64,000 nucleotides of DNA from Antedon mediterranea (Eukaryota; Animalia; Echinodermata). Shown piece after piece: positions 26,486-40,144 of the stretch (its first letter is position 1; each line of letters opens with the position of its first letter). The stretch covers positions 13,454,001 through 13,518,000 of the forward strand of contig NC_092672.1 in assembly GCF_964355755.1 (NCBI RefSeq), read 5' to 3'. Below the pieces are notes generated by a model. It did no database searches, was not told the DNA's origin, and was given only the letters and a program-made list of their open reading frames with translations. Made by a program: the position numbers and the translations under genes.

Positions 26486-27999
26486 GGAACATGCAGGTTA
26501 GAAAACAAACCCCGAATCATCAACACCAGAACATGTGAGGCAACTGGGATTTCTTCTTCACCTCGACATCGCCGCTCAACTGAATGCATCTCATTGGCTA
26601 AGCTGCCTACATCTGTTGATCCAACAACTTTGCCAGAGCTTTGTGAAAAAACCAATCCTGATTTTATCTTCATTTCATCAAATAATAGCACAACATGTTT
26701 TTGCAATTCATTACCTTCTTCATATAATTTGAGGTCTGTTACAACTCTACTTAACATCTCATGGCAAAAACCAGTTGTCACACCAGCAAAGTGGCTGTAG
26801 GGTTGGAGTGTGTTTGGATGAGGCAGCGTCATGAATCCACTTTCGCGAATTAAATTATAGGCTGACGGAGACTTGCTTTGGATAGCAATGCACCAACGTA
26901 AAATTGCTGGGTGCCAACGCATCTGCTTTCCCTTGCCCGGGCCATAGATGCCAGTTGCTGCTCCCACAAAAGCTTTGCTGACGGATATTTACATAATAAA
27001 CTCTCAATTTCAGGTTTTCCCATTTCCATTGTGTCTTCTATTAAGTGAGCTGCATTTTCAGAAATTAATTTGCTTTCTAGCATGTACATCTTGGAAACTT
27101 TATTCTCAAGGCAACCACTCTTTCTTTTCAACCGTCTGTAATTGCATTGTAATGTTGCTGCTTTGTTCTGCAGTTGAGCATTTGATAAATACTTGTTGGC
27201 TACCGTCAGTGAAGACTTTTCCTTGCAGGAAGCACTTCGCATTGATGATAAATCCCCACGATAAATTCGGCAAACTGCGCACCGCTTCAGATCCTCAGCA
27301 ATTAGCAATTCAGTCATTATGTCTAATGGTGTTGCATAAATAGACATCTTTTGGTGTTATCCTTATAGGAATCTGCCCTTCTGGTCCTTTTCGTCTCTCT
27401 ATCAAATCTAAATAATCTTCATTGCCTGCACAAATTTTAGCACTCCTCAATATATCACACAGCTTGGTGAACTGATGTAATGGTAATTTTTTGTTAAAGA
27501 CTTCACCTAGAATAGGCTGTGCTTGCAATACAACACCAGCAATGACAACTCTCCATGTCGAATCACTGTGGATTGTTAACTTGATGACAGCATCACCAGT
27601 TGGTGAAAGTCTAATTATTAGTAATTCATCTTGTGGAAACAAAGAGACAAGGCTACATTTTTCTGCTTCCTTTCTGTAATCGTGAAGATTGGTAGGAATC
27701 TCCCCATCAGTCATACAAGACGCACATTGAGAATCATTGAATTTTGCAATTACAATATTGCACACTTTACTGCGGTCCTTGCTGTGGCATTTCTTCCACC
27801 TTTTCAGTTTTTGCACACAGGAATAACAAATAAATGGTGGGTGGATTTCTGGATCATCATTATCAATATCTAAGCAAAAACATGACTTGATTACAGACTT
27901 GAACGCGTCCTTTGTATAAGGTGAACGATCTGAAGGAATCGCCCTGGAAATTCCACAAAGTCGACACGTAGGTTTCAAACAAACACTATGTCCTGTCAT
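26486..27999 (-). pseudogene. P-element-family transposase with N-terminal Chapa/RAG1-N-like zinc finger, 3'-truncated
   Basis: Three overlapping ORFs (27310-27999, 26850-27347, 26407-26967) join by two frameshifts: H-x7-CRLCG..D-x4-H-x4-C-x2-C..CASC, TIRHND/ELL..RCAVC, LLWEQQL, QMRWHPAILRWC, LLFDEMKIKSGLVF, ASHVLVLMIRGL. Confidence 0.85.
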
Positions 28000-28049
28000 C
28001 GTTCTCTGAAAACAAGAGCAATTTAATTTAAATGGCGAATGATGACCTA

Positions 28050-28500
28050 GAGTTGTTGTCCTAGTAGTAGTACTATCTAGGCTAGCTAACTAAAAATAAA
28101 TACAGTACCTGTTTTTTTTTTATTGTTAATGTTATTGAACATAGCCTAACCCAGTATAATTAGGTCCTAGATAGTAGATTGCTATTTTTGGCATACCCTA
28201 GGTGTGGCAGATTAACATTACCTCTATGATAAATAGTACATACAACAATAGGTAGGTCTAGCCTAGTAGGACTAGACCCTAGCTAGGAGTCGAGTACTTT
28301 AGTCCTAGTCTACTACCAGTACTAGCTAGGGCCAAGCTAGTAGTAGTAGTAGTAGTAGTAGTAGCTGGCCTACGAAAGTAATTATTTTATGGCTAATGTT
28401 AGTTATTATTTATTGGTTTAAAATTTAAATGTAATCTACTGTAAGACCTAGCCTAAATTAAACATCGAAACAATAACTAGGCCTAGACCTGAGTAATACA
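28050..28500. repeat. TAG/CTAG/AGGCCT-rich low-complexity tract incl. (TAG)n microsatellite
   Basis: (TAG)n at ~28338-28364 and dense CTAG motifs. Confidence 0.75.
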
Positions 28501-29121
28501 ACGATCGGTGGACCAAAATAACTACGACCGGTGGAACTACCGAACTAACTCCGGCTATTCGGTTCGGCGGTCGGATAGATTCGATGCTTTTCAATTCGTT
28601 GTATGTCAGCCGGACACCATCGGAAACTGTCATGCAAGGCATCAAATGAAAGCTACAGCTTTCCTTTATTCATATAACTAAAACTTAAAACTCCAGTACA
28701 AAGGGAAACTATTAAAATACGTGTTTGTTTCGTTGTTATATTCAAAATAATGGAATACTAAACAATTGATAAAACAAGTACTTATTTTTGGTTGATTTTA
28801 ATGATTTAATGACTGGTACGTTCGCAAAAAAATTCGGAATCCGAATACATAAAACATGCATGTGAATCCTTGTTGACAATTAACTGCGCATATGCAATGT
28901 GTTTTTTGTTCGTATTTATGTACTCCACTGTTAGTTAGACAGGGTATAGGGGTTGCTACTTAGCGGCGAGGAGCCTTGTGTGTAAGGAGATCGAACCAAG
29001 ATAACGCGGCGGGCGGTCGCAGTGCAATTTAATAGGAGTCATTTGACCATGTAATGTGCTTAATTGGATTAAAATCCATGCATTACATCGATGTTACTCC
29101 TTCCTAACTTATTTCTCTATG

Positions 29122-30517
29122 GTAATATCTTCAATAACTAATCTGGGAATTTCTTGCAGGATGTTTTTTTGCAAGGTCATGGTCCTATTTTAGAAAAATA
29201 TTTGTTTTAAATTGTTAGTTTGTTATCACTGGTTTTTAGGTTGGATATTTCTGTATTTATACTTTTTGAATTTTGAATACAGTATTTGATAATTAAGTTC
29301 TTACGTTTACAATTGTTAAATCTAAAGACTTCACTTGTTGTACGTCATTGTAGATCTCGATTTTGACGTTGCTGAATGTCACGGTATTGCCAATGTTTGC
29401 ATCGGTTGTCATTCCGCTGTGGCAGCCCCACAGCTTACATTTAATTTTTTTTACTGTCTGTCGTCGCCGTCTGCAAGAAAGATATCCCGCCTTTTCCAGC
29501 CACTTCCCTCTCTGATTGGAAAAACCTGTAAGGATGTGATGTGTAATACTTTTCATTTTCTTATGCTCAATATATGTTATGCATATGAGTACCTTATTAG
29601 TTTAAAAAAAGTTAATGGGAATCTATATAAATACAATTAATACTGTACCTCAGCTATTGTGGCCTTTAAGCTAATTCTCCTTTTCGCTGGCAAAACTAAA
29701 GTCTGTGACATGCTATGTTCTGGGGATATCCTGTTCTGGAGGGTGGTAAAATTCTGGACATACGAATTATCACTTAAATGGATATAGTATGCATTAGGTT
29801 TTTTTGTTGTATGTTTGATCATTCTTATGCATTTTCCTTTACACATTTTTTGCTGTAGATTTTTGGAACGGTGGTTTCATACACCTCAAAGTTTTCGTCC
29901 ATAGTGAAACAAAAGAAATGGTCACTATGTAGCATTGGTGTTGAAAGAATATAATCTGCTACGGAAGACATCTGTTGAAATAAAGGATCGACTAATTAAT
30001 TTTTTTTATTTGCTGTTGATCATTTCATTTTTAAGATTGTTATACTGTACTATACGCCTTTTAATAATAATATTTATGTTTATTACTATAATTATTGATC
30101 GATGATGATGTTCAAAGTTATTAACGTTATCATCAAGTTTCTGCAATCCTCGTCCCATTGTAACCATTAATTTCCATTACAGCAAGCACATCTTCTGTTT
30201 TGAGCAAGTGTTAGTGAATTGCAGCCAACCAGCATGCCTTGTCTACTCGACTTTTTACCCTTTGACCAATTGACCAAATACTTGATTTTTTATAAATTAT
30301 TTAATATATTATTATTATTTTGGTCCAGATTTTGGTATAGGAGTTTACTAATACATTTTTCAGCAATTTTTAAGTTTCCTAATTAATATAAAAAATTGTA
30401 ATTTGTTTTTCTCTCTATAGATTTCTGTGAATTTTACAGAGATTGTCATCATGATGTATACAAAAATTTATGTCTTTAGACTGTTTAATTCCCGTCTGCC
30501 AAGAATATACTCCGAGC
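29122..30517 (-). repeat. Duplicated block A (copy 1) with spliced OB-fold-like gene
   Basis: Near-identical to 36361-37720. Encodes MSSVADYILS..FTMDENFEVYETT..IRMIKH and KIKCKLWG..IGNTVTFSNVKIEIYNDVQQVKSLDLTIV (OB-fold-like). Confidence 0.85.
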
Positions 30518-30519
30518 AG

Positions 30520-30810
30520 GAGGGCGAGGCCTGTCTCCACTCTTTACTGATTTCTTTCCAGTTATTGATTTTTTTTTTAATTCCTCAACTGTAAATAATT
30601 TTTTGGCCAGTATCCCTACACTTTAGACAATGGGTCTAATGGCCGTACGCATGATTTAAGCTCATTTATTGAATAGCCATTATATCGGCTTCGATCACCA
30701 TCCGTGGTTTTTTTTGCCTCCGCATTTTCTAGTTTCTTCACCCTCTTCCTCAACTTGTACACCTCCTCTTCAAGGTTCTTTATTCTTCTATTACTGCTCA
30801 TTCTATAGAG
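30520..30810 (-). pseudogene. BEN-like gene copy 3 (5' half)
   Basis: NRRIKNLEEEVYKLRKRVKKLE coiled coil, YNGYSINELKSCVRPLDPLSK, KLFTVEELKKKSITGKK. Confidence 0.65.
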
Positions 30811-32271
30811 TGCAGTTCTTCATTAAGTTAATTCACTCAGTACAATTCATTGAGAATTATATTCCTGCCTCCGAGCCAAGATTAGGATTTTTATTTTGGT
30901 TATACATATGGGTCTAATTTAAGTAGCCTACAAATAATGTATACAAATGTATGGAATAATGTACTGTATTTATACATTATGCCAATATTCGACTCTACAT
31001 AATATTTTTGGTAATGTATTGTATATTTTCTTCTGGTGGCAACAACAACAAATAAACATTTAATTAAATTTTCTTTCCTTTTTTTCGTTTTTATGCACAG
31101 AGTACTGTACATACATTGATGATAAACATTTTTTCTTTACCTTTCTTTTTCTCTAATGAAACCTTCCTCTTGTTTACTTCCTTCATTTTCTGCAACAACA
31201 ATAGTAAATTGAAAAAATCATCAAGGAACTTGTACTCGAGCACTGGCATTGTTTGGAATTACAGTATTAATATTTCCACTAAAAATGTTTAGTCACAGTA
31301 CTGGTTTAAAAAATGCATGATCTGCATAAAATATATCTATGTTAAATATTAATTAATACCCAAGTTCAATATTTTCTTAATTCATTGAAAACAAACAGTA
31401 GATAACAACATCAACTTTCTTTTTTATTTGCTGTTGATCATTTCATTTTTAAGATTGTAATTATACTGTACTACGCCTTTTAATAATAATATTTATGTTA
31501 ATTACTATAATTATTGATCGATGATGATGATCAAAGTTATTACGTTACCATCAAGTTTCTGCAATCCTCATCCCATAACCATTAATTACCATTACAGCAA
31601 GCACATCTTTGGTTTTGAGCAAGTGTTAGTGAATTGCAGCCGACCATCATGCCTTGACTTTTTACCCTTTGCCACATTGCATAGCCCATTTTATATAGAA
31701 GCTTGTTATTTAGACAGATCTCGTATTGAACCACATCTAAAACAATAACATTTCACATATAAACCATGAGTCCAACTGATCCGTATACGATAGTGTGCTT
31801 GCCGCATCTTATTTCATATTGTGAAATTGTTCATGTAATCTTTGATATTTATTTTCATCACATTGAGCAAACATTGCAGAAACAATCAAGCCTGGGAGTG
31901 TTCTATTTCTTTCTCATTACACAGATAGATTTTTGTGATTTTCCTTTAATGCATTGAACTTAATAATTCCATGATCCCTTTAAATTTGAACTCTTTAAAT
32001 CTCCTTTTTTTGGAAAGTACTTTGCATCATTCACTCGCTCGAAGCTTTTATGCTTATTTCCTATGTGATTCCTTAATTTTGAAAATGAATATGTATTATG
32101 CATTAGTATAGTATCTGCTTTCATTTTCTTATGTACAGTATAATAACTCCTTGTTGGCTGATAATTCATAACAGCATTCCCTTACAGAGTAAACCATTTG
32201 TTTGTCTGGATGCTCAAGCATTTTTTAGGATAATAAAAAAAAACTGATCTGCCTGTTCACTAGTGTTATAG

Positions 32272-35200
32272 TAATAATAATAATAATAAATGAAGACTTA
32301 TATAGCGCCGGTATCCTCCACCCATGTGGCGCTCATGGCGCTTTGTGCATTAACAACGTGCGAGAACATCAGCGAATAGCGACGTCTTTAGGTTGGTCTT
32401 GAAACTGTTTAGACTAGTTGAGCATTTAACTGTTGCTGGTAAGCTGTTCCATACACTTGCGGCCGCAACGTAAAAAGATCTCTGACCCCACTGATTTTTC
32501 GCTCTACGCTCTTGAAGAAGGTTTTGTGACAATGATCGTAGGCCTCTGCGGGATGATTCGTAACGATCCACAAGGTCAGATAAATAAGCAGGAGCACTGT
32601 CATTTAGGATCTTGAATACAAACAACGCAAGTTTGTACTTAATACGTTGTTGAACAGGCAACCAATGCAAATCCATCAGGACAGGAGTTATGTGAGCGTT
32701 TGATTTTGTATAAGTTACAATTCTAGCTGCCATATTTTGCAAGCGCTGCAAACGTTGTATTTGAGATTTTGGTATGCCAAACAACAAGGCATTACCAATG
32801 TCAATTTTAGAAGTGACAAATGAGTGTACAATCAATTCAGCTGTTTTCTTGTTAAGATTACCGCGAATACGACCAAGGTTCCTAATAGGTATCCCAATGT
32901 AAAAATTCAAATTAATGATGGTACTTTTTCTTTCAGTTAATCAGAAGGAACTTACTGAACATAAACTTTTGCAATTTAAATGATTGAAATCGGATTATCC
33001 ATTCAAAAGTTATGGTCCATTAAAGTGCCCAAAAAACAGTGATTTTTGCTTGAAAAATGGCACTTTTTCTAATTATATTTGAACCCATTTTTGAAGGGTT
33101 ATAACTTTTATACTAATAATTTTAAAGTTCTTATTTTTTCCAAACCCATAGATACAACAGAGTTGTACAAGAATTTTTTTTTTTGGGTGTCCTCGACATT
33201 TTTTTTTTTAGATATCGCCCTCCAAAATTCGTCCGAGGGCTTTTTACGCGTGATTTTCCCAATGTCTCAAAAATGCCCAAAAAGTTCCTGTCTTTAAATG
33301 ATTCATAACTTTTGAACCAATGTGTGAATTAACTTCTTTTTTTTTGCATTGCATAAAATGTAATATGTATTTTAGTAAGGTTATTTATATTGACAGGTAG
33401 GTAATTCTGAAATACAACATAAAGTATTGTTAAAAAATGTTAAAATGTGAAAAAAAAAAATATTGCGTTAAAAAACTGTGTGGGTATTGTTTCTTTTCAT
33501 TAAATATTATTTTTCGTAAGTATACATTTTTTTTTTAATTCTAGTATTTAAAGTTATATTTATAATCATATATTATTTAAATTGATTTTCGAACCGCCAA
33601 AAATAAGAATTAAGCCCGTGCTTATTATGTGTTCGATTCCATTTGGAGCGCCGGGCCGAACGTAGACTCGGCCGCGCCTACTACAAGTTAAGTTATATAG
33701 GCCCCTAAGGTCTAGGCCTAAATAAAAGCCTGACGCTAAATTCTGCCTAAGACTAAGAAATATCGGGAAGAAATTTGTTATTTAACAAAGTAATTACCTC
33801 AATGGTATAATTGTAACATGTTTAATTTTATTTCCCTTTCGATTATTCTAACCGAAAGTTGCACTTTGAATTGAAATATACGGAATAAAATTTAGGCCTA
33901 GAAACAGCGTAGACATACAACGGCAACACAGGACAAAGCGCGTTTCGGCCGCCTACATAGAATGGCTTACGGCCGCTGCATAGCAAAATCAAAGCTTCTT
34001 AAATTTCTTCGGTACATTTCTTCCTAACGTACTTGCTTTATATAGTAGATTTATAAATATTCCACTTATTAAATAATTTAATAAATCGGTAAAATTGACG
34101 TTTCGAAGCAAATATTCCATGAGAGGCGACATTTTTCGACATGCCTCGTGTGCGGCGAAGACTAGTTCAGAAAATGGAACAGTCCACTGCAGGGGTTATC
34201 CAATCATTAATTAACGCGCTAATACATGCATACCATGCACATTGTCTGGGCGACGGTAATTTAGTAATAAGCGGAGAACTGAATCCCCCCCGTAAGGAAA
34301 ATGGTAAACACTGATATTTTTGGTAGGGATTATTTTTTTCAGTGGTTGGTCTTGTTGGTCTCTTCGCACGAGGTCCACGCAAAGTCAAATAAAACGATGT
34401 GGTTTATCAAACAGAAATATAAATTAGCTTCAATTCAATACTAAATTAGCCAAATTTTGATAATGAGAAAGACTAAAAAATTCAATTTTTATCGTTAAAA
34501 TTGACATTTGAGGCGGATGTACATAATAATAATAACCGATTTACATATCAAAATAAAGAGTATTTAAAGCCTGATAACATGCAACAAAAATTACTCCACC
34601 ACCTATTATGGACCTCGTGCGATCGTGTTTTGAAAATGGGTAGGTGTTTTCCAAAGTTATTTTTAGCGCGCGGATTTCGGCTCGCCGGCTTTTGTACCTC
34701 ATTTTTAACTCGCGTTTTCTATTAAAATATTTAATAAACATAGATTAAAAATATATGAAAATAATCCCTTAAACAAGATCTTTCCAGACATATAATTTTT
34801 ATTCACATGTGTATATAAGAAATAGTATATTTTTAACTTCAAAGACACGTCACTTTTTGAAATTTCACGAACGTGTTAAAATCGCGGTAACGAAAATCCG
34901 CTTCATTGGGATACCTATTCCTAATCGATATGCATGCTGCTTTGGATACAGTTGTTATTTGTGCTTCCATAGTGAGATTACTATCCAGCATGATTCCCAG
35001 ATTCCGGACCACCGATGAGGGAGCGATGTTAGAGTTTCCGATTCTGATATGTGTGATGTTGATTTTGGAGATGTTACATTTAGACCCGACGATAATAAAC
35101 TCTGTCTTTCCATCATTCAACTTTAGGTAATTTGTTGTCATCCAATTGCGAACATCTTCTATACAGGCTTCCATCTTACTGATTGCTGCAGCAACATCCC

Positions 35201-35670
35201 TTTGCACTGGATTTACTGACACATAAATCTGTGTATCATCTGCATAGAAATGGAAATGTAGACTGTGTTTGCGAATAATGTCACCAAGGGGAAGCGTATA
35301 AATGGAAAACTGGCCAGGCCCAATTACTGACCCCTGTGGTACACCATATTCCAGGCAAGCTTCATCTGAGAATGCATCATTGATACAGACTAGCTGACGT
35401 CTTCCTGTAAGATATGACTGGAACCAGTTAAGAGCAACACCATTTATGCCAATGCGATTTCTCAGACGGGTTATCAGTCTTTGGTGATCAACTGTATCAA
35501 ACGCTGCTGACAAATCCAACAACACCAATAGCGTTATTTTCCCATCATTCATTCCTTGTAACAAATCATTCTGTACCTTTAAAAGGGAACTCTCCGTGCT
35601 ATGACATGCACGATATGCCGACTGGTAATTCTCATTTAAATTATGCTTTTGAAGATATGGAGTAATGCGT
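32272..35670 (-). mobile_element. 5'-truncated L2/CR1-type LINE; RT split into 34918-35670 and 32350-32885
   Basis: LLVLLDLSAAFDTVDH, YGVPQGSVIGP, FYADDTQIY, HITPVLMDLHWLPV; 3' end GCGCTATATAAG..(TTA)n at 32272-32310. Confidence 0.95.
32886..34917. mobile_element. Non-autonomous hAT-like (hATw-like) transposon, 2032 bp
   Basis: Perfect 14-bp TIR TAGGTATCCCAATG, 7-bp TSD TTCCTAA (32879-32885, 34918-34924); removal restores the LINE frame CISIRNLG. Confidence 0.9.
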
Positions 35671-36360
35671 GATCATTAAGAAATATATCTGGGGTGCCTG
35701 TGAATGGTGTGTAATGTGTTTCATCCTGCTTTTCTCTGTCTTCATGAGATGGTGTAGATAATCTCCAAAGAAATCTTATGTCAATAGAGCAATGTAGTTA
35801 TTAATATTGTTTTTGTGTACCGAAACTCTCAATTAATCATGATGTATTTTACACCACCTGCATGGGTAGTTTGCTGTAAAATCCAAAGATTGGATATATT
35901 CCCAAATTGTCTCCAACAAATTGGGCGACCCCACCTTTAATGTTTCCATTGAAAACTGATGTTGATACCACCAAACCATCATTTGCAAGGGAGTTCAAAT
36001 CATTACTCAATGATTAAGAATGATATATTCCCAAATTATATATAGCTAGACATCAATGCAATTATAATGAGCATATTAATGTTTTTTAAGGTTGATCTGT
36101 ACTTTGGATGTTGACTGGCTATTGTAAAATATACTTGCTTACGCTTTGTGTATGTCATATTTGGGACCTATTTGGTTGACACCCTCAAAATCATCTACAT
36201 AGAGTATAAGTTTGATAACATCACATCACTAAAATCGAATTGCCCATCATAGAAATCTTCCATGACACTATCTTGTGATCTGTAACCAACTTGAGCAGTT
36301 TAGCTGGAAGCCTGTTGCTTTACTTACAAAACTAAATTTAAGTAGGCACTGCTTTGATTA

Positions 36361-38205
36361 GTAATATCTTCAATAACTAATCTGGGAATTTCTTGCGGGA
36401 TGTTTTTTTACAAGGTCAGGTCCTATTTTAGAAAAATATTTGTTTTAAATTGTTAGTTTGTTATCACTGGTTTTTAGGTTGGATATTTATGTATTTATAC
36501 TTTTTTAATTTTGAATACAGTATTTGATAATTAAGTTCTTACGTTTACAATTGTTAAATCTAAAGACTTCACTTGTTGTACGTCACTGTAGATCTCGATT
36601 TCAACGTTGCTGAATGTCACGGTATTGCCAATGTTTGCATCGGTTGTCATTTCGCTGTGGCAGCCCCACAGCTTACATTTAATTTTTTAACTGTCTGTCG
36701 TCGCCGTCTGCAAGAAAGATATCCCGCCTTTTCCAGCCACTTCCCTCTCTGATTGGAAAAACCTGTAAGGATGTGATGTGTATACTTTCATTTTCTTATG
36801 CTCAATATATTTTATGCATATGACCTTATTAGTTTAAAAAAAGTTAATGGGAATCTATATAAATACAATTAATACTGCACCTCAGCTATTGTGGCCTTTA
36901 AGCTAATTCTCCTTTTCGCTGGCAAAACTAAAGTCTCTGACATGCTATGTTCTGGAGGGTGGTAAAATTCTGGACATACGAATTATCGCTTAAATGGATA
37001 TAGTATGCATTAGGTTTTTTTGTTGTATGTTTGATCATTCTTATGCATTTTCCTTTACACATTTTTTGCTGTAGATTTTTGGAATGGTGGTTTCATACAC
37101 CTCAAAGTTTTCGTCCATAGTGAAACAAAAGAAATGGTCACTATGTAGCATTGGTGTTGAAAGAATATAATCTGCTACGGAAGACATCTGTTGAAATAAA
37201 GGATCGACTAATTAATTTTTTTTATTTGCTGTTGATCATTTCATTTTTAAGATTGTTATACTGTACTATACGCCTTTTAATAATAATATTTATGTTTATT
37301 ACTATAATTATTGATCGATGATGATGTTCAAAGTTATTACGTTATCATCAAGTTTCTGCATTCCTCGTCCCATAACCATTAATTTCCATTACAGCAAGCA
37401 CATCTTCTGTTTTGAGCAAGTGTTAGTGAATTGCAGCCAACCATCATGCCTTGTCCACTCGACTTTTTACCCTTTGACCAATTGACCAAATACTTGATTT
37501 TTTATAAATTATTTAATATATTATTATTATTTTTGTCCAGATTTTGGTATAGGAGTTTACTAATAACTTTTTCAGCAATTTTTAAGTTTCCTTAATATAA
37601 CAAATTGTAATTTCTCTCTTTAGATTTCTGTGAATTTTACAGAGATTGTCATCATGATGTATAAAAAAATTGATGCCTTTAGACTGTTTAATTCCCGTCT
37701 GCCAAGAATATACTCCGAGCCCCCCTCCCCTCCCCCGGATTAGTTCCTTTTCAAATGTATGCAATGACGTCAAAGTACATCCTCTTGTCAAAATTGAATG
37801 GGTCACAGACAAATTCATTAATGCATCTTCTAGAAATTGAACTCTGTGCCCATCTAGAAACAGTCTTGTAGTGATGTTTATTATGACCCTTCTTGCATGA
37901 AGAGATGTCCTAACTCTACTTACTGATGATACCTTTCCATCCTGATTTCATCTTTGAACCCTTGTTTGTGGTAGATATCTATCCACAGATCCAATGATAT
38001 TTCATGAATTTTATTCAATAATAATTCATGATTTCTATTCTCTATTAATTCAAGATTTATTAGGAATCCTTATTAAATAATTTTGAATCAAATTCATGAA
38101 TATTATTGAATTAAATTCATAGATTGTTAATGAATAGTTTTTATGAATTATTACTGAAAATAATAAAATTCATGAATTATCATTGAATAAAATTCATGAA
38201 TTATC
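36361..38205 (-). repeat. Duplicated block A (copy 2) fused to block B (copy of 25661-26125)
   Basis: 36361-37720 matches 29122-30517; 37739-38205 matches 25661-26125; joined by a C-rich linker. Confidence 0.9.
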
Positions 38206-38700
38206 ATGCGCGGCTCCTTTCGTAGATATGCCAGACCAAACATGTACCTTCAATGGGGGTTTTGGTTTTAATTTTGGCTGTTCGTCTATTTTCCGAAAGG
38301 AGATGCGACCATGGTGATCTAATTCGATAGTGCTTTCGTCTGTAAAAATTACATCTTTAAACTGTTCATTGTTTCTAATGCAACGAAGCGCAAATTCGTA
38401 TCGGTGAACTTTGTTTGGCTCTCTGATTAGCTGACAGTACCTACTTCCATTGCATCGCCATCCAAGCTTTCTCCGTGTTTTCTTAATGCAATCTATACTT
38501 AGATTGACATTAGTTCGCTCTTGAATAATTTCTTTCAGCTTTCTAGCCGTCAATTCGTCATTGGCCTCCATCTCGCTATCGATGATATTGAGGTGTTCGG
38601 CGGTAACTATCTTTGGTCGGCCAGAACGTGGAAGGTCAGCGATCGTTTTCATTTCTCGGATCTTCTTTAGTATTCTATATACAGTTGTTCGGTGCCTTAA
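38194..38700 (-). pseudogene. Tc1/mariner (IS630-Tc1) transposase, 3'-truncated
   Basis: DLPRSGRPK, HTH region, DVIFTDESTIEL, KVHVWSGIS. Confidence 0.9.
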
Positions 38701-40144
38701 ACGTATTTATTATTTTATTAATGCTAAAACCAATAGCATTATAGCGGACTATTCGTGCACGGACATGATTCGGTGTTCGAGACATTTTGCGTAAGTGACA
38801 CATTCATATCATACCTCCGTGACCAAATCATGAAATTGAAAAATTAATATTCATTATACACTGATGTTTCAGACAGATTTTGACTTTTGATTGGACATCC
38901 ATTTTTTTAATTTTTGCCAATCAGTGATAATTATGCAAAAAAAACGTTTTTGATTGACATTTATGATTTACACACCAAAACAAAATGAGGTGATGTTTTT
39001 ACAATTTCTTGAGCTTTTGATTCGACAATCTTTGCCGCTATATTAATTAATTTTACAAATTAAAAATACGCATAAAATTACGCACAATAACAACATAATT
39101 ATGAACAAACAAAAATTTGATTAGTTGCCTACAGTATGTATTGCTTTTTTTAATTATTCATGAATAAAGTTTCTCATCTCCACTTAAATAAGAAAAGGAT
39201 TGGTCTTTTGAAGACACACTTTTCCATTTTGTGTAGACTTTCTTACAGCTTTTAGATATCATATTTTCTTGATACTCTATATCCCCTTGATACTCTATAC
39301 CCCCATAATTAAATAGTTTTTCTTCCTTTCGTTCTTTTGATACATCGTTAGTACGTTGGACACATTTCTTCTGTGCGACTGGTAGGACTACTTCTCCATT
39401 CGAGGAGGTATTTTTGGTGATGTGTTTGCAAATACAGACATCTTGGGTGCTTACGATCTGAGTTGTCTGAATCGAAGTGAAATATCGTATATTGCAGGTA
39501 TTTTTAAATTTTCACTCTAGAAACACAACAAAGATTACCTATAGATAGTTGATTTGACAATTCTTTTGACTAAAAGACAATTCACATACTAGAGGCATCT
39601 AAATAATACTCTGATATGACCTTGTGTTCAAGAGGTGGTGTGATGTATAAGGTTTATCGCAAATAGCGTGCGCGGTGCATGGTGGGAAGGGTTTGGGAGC
39701 AATAGCGCCACCTAAAAAATGCATGATGGGAAAGATTTGGGGGGAAAAAAGTTATAACAAATTCCCACGCTCTCTCTTTATCTCGTCTTCGCGACTACAA
39801 ACATCTGCACTACTACTACCTAGCTTTATCATCTAAAATTTCGTTTACAGTATATTCAGTATACCTATATCATTGGGCGGTTTAGAATTTGTTATTAATT
39901 TACAATTAATTACAAAACGTAGGCCTACTAGTATCCAGTGTGCTTATAAAATGACACATTTTGATACCAAAAGTGTTCCCATTCTCATATTCGCTATCTT
40001 CCACTCTGTACACTATTAAGTTGTTACGTCTGCTTAGGCTTAGTATATTAATACTAATGTACAGCGGAAAACATCAGGTGTTGAGATAGTATGAATAGAC
40101 CGGGCTAGTGAGCACCGAACAAACACGTCTTCACTCGACCGCAC

